DNA of 64,000 nt from Amoebidium appalachense. Lineage: Eukaryota > Protista > Ichthyosporea. The notes under the pieces are model-generated. The model worked only from the letters and a program-made list of their open reading frames with translations. It was not told the DNA's origin and did no database searches. The first letter of the stretch is position 1. Each line of letters begins with the position of its first letter. Positions 47,813-64,000 of the stretch are shown here, one piece after another. The position numbers were made by a program, and so were the translations under genes. The DNA lies in contig CAVNZM010000002.1 of assembly GCA_963693365.1 (NCBI GenBank), positions 14,045,615-14,109,614 on the forward strand, read 5' to 3'.

Positions 47813-48202
47813 AGCCTTGTGCTCGTGTGCATGCATAAATCGTGAAAAATGCAGCCCCACAACACTGTTTTACAAACACATAAACTCCTCACCGTTACAC
47901 ACCCGCCCACCTAAACCCACCAATCTATACATGCATACCCACACTCACCTATATACACACCCATACCCACCCGCTTGCCGAGCTGCATGCACAGACCATA
48001 CAAGCGCATGCACATGTGCAAGCACTCAACCATCTACGTGCACTGTCACATGCACACACACCTGCCCCACCCACTTAGCAAATAGGTTCCTACAGACGTC
48101 ACGTATGCACACACACATGCGGGTCACACATCAGCGTGCTTGCAAACCAACTACATTTGTTTCCGCCTTCCCCCCGGTCCCCCTTTTGCTCTTTGACTCT
48201 TT

Positions 48203-48258
<56 letters not shown>

Positions 48259-48485
48259 AATAACGAGGCACGCGTTTGCATCTATGGTCACCCTCCCTCC
48301 CCCCCCCCCCCCCCCCCCCCCCTTCCCCCCCCGCTTTACCCCCTCTCCAAAATACACACACGCACAGACGCCCCGTATCTGATCAGAATTTCTCCATGCA
48401 GAATGTTACGATCAGCACACGGACAGACAGGGAACAGACCATGGCTGACAGGGTCAGCAGCGTGCAGGCAAAGCTCGCCCAATAA
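45192..48485 (+). CDS. MTH1187/YkoF-like thiamine-binding protein (UPF0045/ECM15 family), 100 aa, 4 exons
   Basis: Exons 45192-45215, 46616-46744, 47370-47435 and 48402-48485 give MKVIASFTIVPIGVGVSVSKYIAECMNILKESGLTYQLHATGTSMEGEWDQVMGAIKKCHERVHEMGAARIQSNVTISTRTDREQTMADRVSSVQAKLAQ*. Family motifs: VPIG, H..GT..EG.WD, H..G..RI, TRTD. Confidence 0.92.
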
Positions 48486-49254
48486 CAACTATGGAATAAT
48501 ATTTAAACTACTTTGAAATCACCAATCTTGTTTTTCATTGTGGCATCGACAACCAATGTTTTTCTTTTCTTTCTTTTTTTTTTTTCCCCCTAGATTTTCG
48601 CTCATTCTTTGGGTTGTTCGATCGTGGTCACGGGGGCACTATATAACATAGAAGATATTTTCTGAATTATTTGTACATACAAGTACTAGTGGACTGTTGT
48701 ATTATTTATCTTTTGTAAGCCCTATCTAGGCTAGGGAAGTTCTTTCCCAACCTCTTACATTGTCAGCAAAACAGTGAATGAAATGAAGCAAATATATCAT
48801 GAACAACCATGAGCATGTAACCAACCACCTTTGCTGCCAGCCCCCCCCCCCCCCCCTCTCCCCAAAGGGGTAAGTGTGCGTGGTAATATATTTAGTTGGA
48901 ATCGCAAACAAAGCTGCTTGGATGTTGCACCAAATAGGCCGTGATTTCACTGGCCTATAGTGTTTATGAATCAGAGGTGGGGTTCATAACGGTTATCAGG
49001 TGCACAGAGAGAGTTACTGAGAGTGGAAACACACATTCTAGATTTGTGGTTTACCATGCCCTAGGTCCGATTTCGAACTCCTTTTATAATGGGGTCTGTT
49101 CAAATATCATTTGCCCGTGTGTTTGCCGCGTCAATGCCACCCACTCCAGCTAACATACCCCCCCCCCCCCCCCCCCCCCTCCCCCCTCCCCCTGGCCCCT
49201 GCGGCGACCCGTCCACGGGAGCCTGTAGCTACCGGATCATAAGACCATACTATG

Positions 49255-49915
49255 AAGTCTTCTTCGTATATACAAAGTCTTTTGACTTCATTATGACAAA
49301 GTCTTCTGAGTTCATGCACAAAGTCTACTGAGTTCATGCACAAAGTCTTCTGAGGTCATGCACAAAGTCTACTGAGTTTATGTACATTTCTTCTGAGTTC
49401 ATGCACAAAGTCTTCTGAGTTCAGACACAAAGTCTACTGAGTTCATGCACAAAGTCTACTGAGTTCATGCGCAAAGTCTACGGATCATGGTTCATGCACA
49501 AAGTCTACTGAGTTCATGCACAAAGTATTCTGAGCTACACAAAGTCTTTTGAGTTCATACACGAAGTTGAGAGTTCATACACAAAGTCATCTGAGTTCAG
49601 ACACAAAGTAACCTGAGTTCCTACACAAAGTCGAACGGTTTAGATATACACACAGAGAACTCTGAGGTCACATGCTAAGTCTTCTGAGCTCATACTCTCA
49701 GTCTTCTGAGCTCATACACTCAGGCTTCTGAGTTCATACACTTAGCCTACTAAGTCTTCTGAGTTCATACCGTGACTTAGTCTACTAAGTCTTCTGAATT
49801 CATACAAATAGCCTACTAAGCCTTCTGAGTTCACACACTTAGTCTACTAAGTCTTCTGAGTTCATACACTTGGCCTACTAAGAGAATTCTGAGTTCATAC
49901 ATTGAAGTCTTCTAA
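49255..49915 (+). repeat. 22-bp minisatellite (AAGTCT(T/A)CTGAGTTCATGCACA) grading into a longer composite unit
   Basis: Period 22 at 49299/49321/49343; beyond about 49730 the units gain an AG(C/T)CTACT insert. Confidence 0.9.
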
Positions 49916-50115
49916 GCTTTTAGAAATAAATTCTTTTGAGGATGAAGCAAATAACACCATGTTTATTCCACGGCTTATGTTTACTTTTCATTCGACAATA
50001 GTTGGCGCGACCAGCACACAGAGCGCCCCCACGACAATTTAAAAAAGGTATGCGACAGCAACACAGACATTACATGCTTATATGCGAATTACTACTTACT
50101 CGACTTATCGAGTAG

Positions 50116-50213
50116 CTATCCAACGTTATCTATTGTGAAATGCCGAGTAACTAACTATCCAGGGTTATCTATTGTGATATGCCGAGCTACTAACTATTCA
50201 GACGTATCTATTG
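50116..50213 (+). repeat. 39-bp tandem repeat, about 2.5 copies
   Basis: CTATCCAACGTTATCTATTGTGAAATGCCGAGTAACTAA-like units start at 50116, 50155 and 50194. Confidence 0.8.
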
Positions 50214-50607
50214 GATAAATAAAAAACCTATTCGAGGTTTACGTTATATTATAATGCTTTGAAGAACAATTCATGTCAGACGGATAACACAACACGACAC
50301 CCTTTTTAAAAAAAACCCATAATTTAAAAAGACCGTGTACGATGTATGAACATCGAGAAACCAGCAAGAATTCCTGAGCCTGATCAGATAATTTAAAAAC
50401 TCTTTCCCCCCCCCCCAATAGTTGGGATGAGCAGTCCACTATGGGCAAATCCGTAACACAACATGCTTGTTATGTGCCCAGTATTTATTTGCTCGACTAG
50501 TAATAGCTCCTCAAAACATCTGAAAAGTATATCTAGAAAAATCGGGAGGGGGGTTGGTAGGCGCGGTAAGGAGGGGGGGAGGGGGAGGGGAGGGGGAGGG
50601 GAAGAGG

Positions 50608-50665
<58 letters not shown>

Positions 50666-50866
50666 GGGTGAGAGAGAGGGAGAGAGAGAGGAGGGCAGGT
50701 GGGGGAGGGGGGCAGATGGGGGGTTTGGTGCGTATGTGTGTGTGTGTGTGTGTGTGTGAGTGCGGGCCATGCGCGCGGGATTCAGAATATGTCGCCTATC
50801 CAAGTCAGCTCGTGCACATCTAAACTGAGCAGGGATTTAACAATAAATCAACACTGTGTTCTAATA

Positions 50867-62341
<11,475 letters not shown>

Positions 62342-63531
62342 TTTCTTTTGATAATTTTCTAAAAGTGCAACGAGCAGGTATAAGGGTGAAACAGCGCTCG
62401 GAAACAGAAGAAGAATTTGGATCTAGTAAGTATATTCAAACGCTCGATCTCTACACCTAAAGTATGACACAACCAAAACGTTTGCCTGCACCAAGATCTA
62501 TACTACAGCCCTAAACGTTAAAGGCTCCTGTCTATTCTTTTGCAGAGGAAAAGCACGTATTTGTGAGCTGAGTCGCGGCTTCGCCCTTCACTCTACAACA
62601 CTATTACAACAGTCGTCCTGTCGAGTGTTTGTTGTGCCAAAAATCGTAGTAAGCCATGCATACAAAAGGAGGCCAGAAACGGTTCTCCCAACCTACTCTT
62701 CAAAAAGGCAGGCCATGTAAAGAAACATTCAAACTTGAGAGTTGTAACTTACGTTGACTGCTGCAGAGGCAGCTGAAGATACAAACTTCAGCAGACGTGC
62801 GCCAAAAGCATGGGTGCGCTCCTAAGCAATCGGAAGGCAGGAATAATAGCTAAATTTGGATCGACAAGTTAGCGAAAGAGGTGTGAATGCGACTGCCAAC
62901 CTGTGTGTGTGTGTGTGTGCGCGTGCGCACGCGTGTGTGTGCGTGTGTATGAGGGTCGAGGGCGAAAAAAGGGGGGCGGGATCGAACCGTTGGCAAAGGA
63001 CATCATGAAAAGGTCGATGTTATTTTATGAGTTAGAATGTGATCACGCATTCGAGGTTCGTCGCACGAAAATACCCTACATATCTTGAAAACGGACGGTG
63101 ATTTATTTTGAATCAATACTTGAAATACATCTTGAGTTACCTTTGAGATAAGTACTAAACCACTCTTTCGTTCTTTAAGCCGAAGAAATGTAGTTACTAA
63201 AGCCTTCCAACTGCTGTAAGTTTTAATTGCCTTTCGACGGTCACCACAAATAAACTTGCATACGCATAATTTAGATCCTCTTCCAGCACGAATCGGAAAT
63301 ATGTTCCTAGCTTTTCCTGCGAACATGATTCGATGTATTTACACACACAAATATATATATAACGATATTTATACATACATACGTGTGCACTAATCTTCTT
63401 GCCATACATCAGACTAAGGCTAATCCAAGCATACGTTTCAGTCCTCTATCAACTCACTACATCATTCGCACCCATTCTCTCCTCCAATTCTGCATTCATG
63501 CCACAAAGTCAGCTCATGCACGACCAAGTCA

Positions 63532-64000
63532 CTAAGCGTGAGCCATCAATGGGCTAGCAGGTCCAAGATTAATGGATCTAGAGTCCGCATGAGAATGGGC
63601 CAAAAACCTAAACAGCTTGGACAGATGTGCCTTGCCTTTCCTCTCTTTCTTCTCACCTCGAACCACGAATGCTCCGGACTCGCTCGTTACTCCTCCCAGC
63701 CCAGTGAAAGAGCCATTCGACCCGCTGTTCACACTGTCGATGCTCATCCTGTGCACCCGTGTTCCATACGACGACCGTGCTGTTTGAACTGTAGCCGCAT
63801 GGTTTGACACGGGTGCAAGTGACGTGGCACGAGCCTGCATGTTTGCTGCCGAAGTGGGACCAAACTCAGTCGGCATGCGGACAACCGGGGCAGATGGGCG
63901 ACCTTGTTGTGTGGGTCGTGCGGTTGCTCTCGCTGTTATCTCAGACATTCGTGCCCGCATGGAAGCCCGTGTGTTCGTCGAACGAAACATACGTGCACTT
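63532..64000 (-). CDS. Probable 3'-terminal exon of an unidentified gene that begins beyond the window
   Basis: Open frame of more than 150 codons running from the window edge to TAG at 63532-63534; Ser/Thr/Arg/Ala-rich, microsatellite-free, no recognisable domain. Confidence 0.5.
   Translation of the reverse strand, partial: SARMFRSTNTRASMRARMSEITARATARPTQQGRPSAPVVRMPTEFGPTSAANMQARATSLAPVSNHAATVQTARSSYGTRVHRMSIDSVNSGSNGSFTGLGGVTSESGAFVVRGEKKERKGKAHLSKLFRFLAHSHADSRSINLGPASPLMAHA

Noticed and set aside
50374-50395. CCTGATCAGATAAT resembling a TPP riboswitch segment near the thiamine-binding gene
   Set aside because: The other conserved elements and stems are absent, and it lies about 1.9 kb past the stop.

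Overview
Eukaryotic genomic DNA from an intron-rich organism, probably a protist; the taxon cannot be fixed from sequence alone. Introns are packed with poly-C/poly-G runs and (CA)n/(TG)n/(GA)n microsatellites, so most ORFs in the six-frame track are spurious. Hand-spliced genes: (1) a minus-strand membrane-anchored beta-helix/PMP-repeat protein (781-5752) with a homopolymer frameshift; (2) a coactosin-like ADF-H protein (8051-9166); (3) a 27-exon DDX46/Prp5 DEAD-box helicase (10362-33391) with one GC-AG intron; (4) an intronless ankyrin-repeat gene (39321-42803) split by a retroelement; (5) a 4-exon MTH1187/thiamine-binding protein (45192-48485); (6) a minus-strand SH3 plus helical-bundle adaptor (about 50867-62341); and (7) the 3' end of an unknown gene at the right edge. 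The most striking object is a 2.4-kb non-autonomous copia-type miniature LTR element (TRIM-like) with four LTRs arranged A-int-B|B-int-A, a half-tRNAiMet PBS and a single CCGCC target-site duplication. This layout is what recombination of a 2-LTR circle into a resident element would give, and its last LTR also supplies an in-frame new N-terminus to the interrupted ankyrin gene. A second insertion (34731-36009) is a non-coding poly(A)-tailed retroposon with a 13-bp TSD and an internal 41-bp hairpin VNTR. Splice sites show an unusual architecture: poly-C just after donors and long AG-free (CA)n tracts directly before acceptors.
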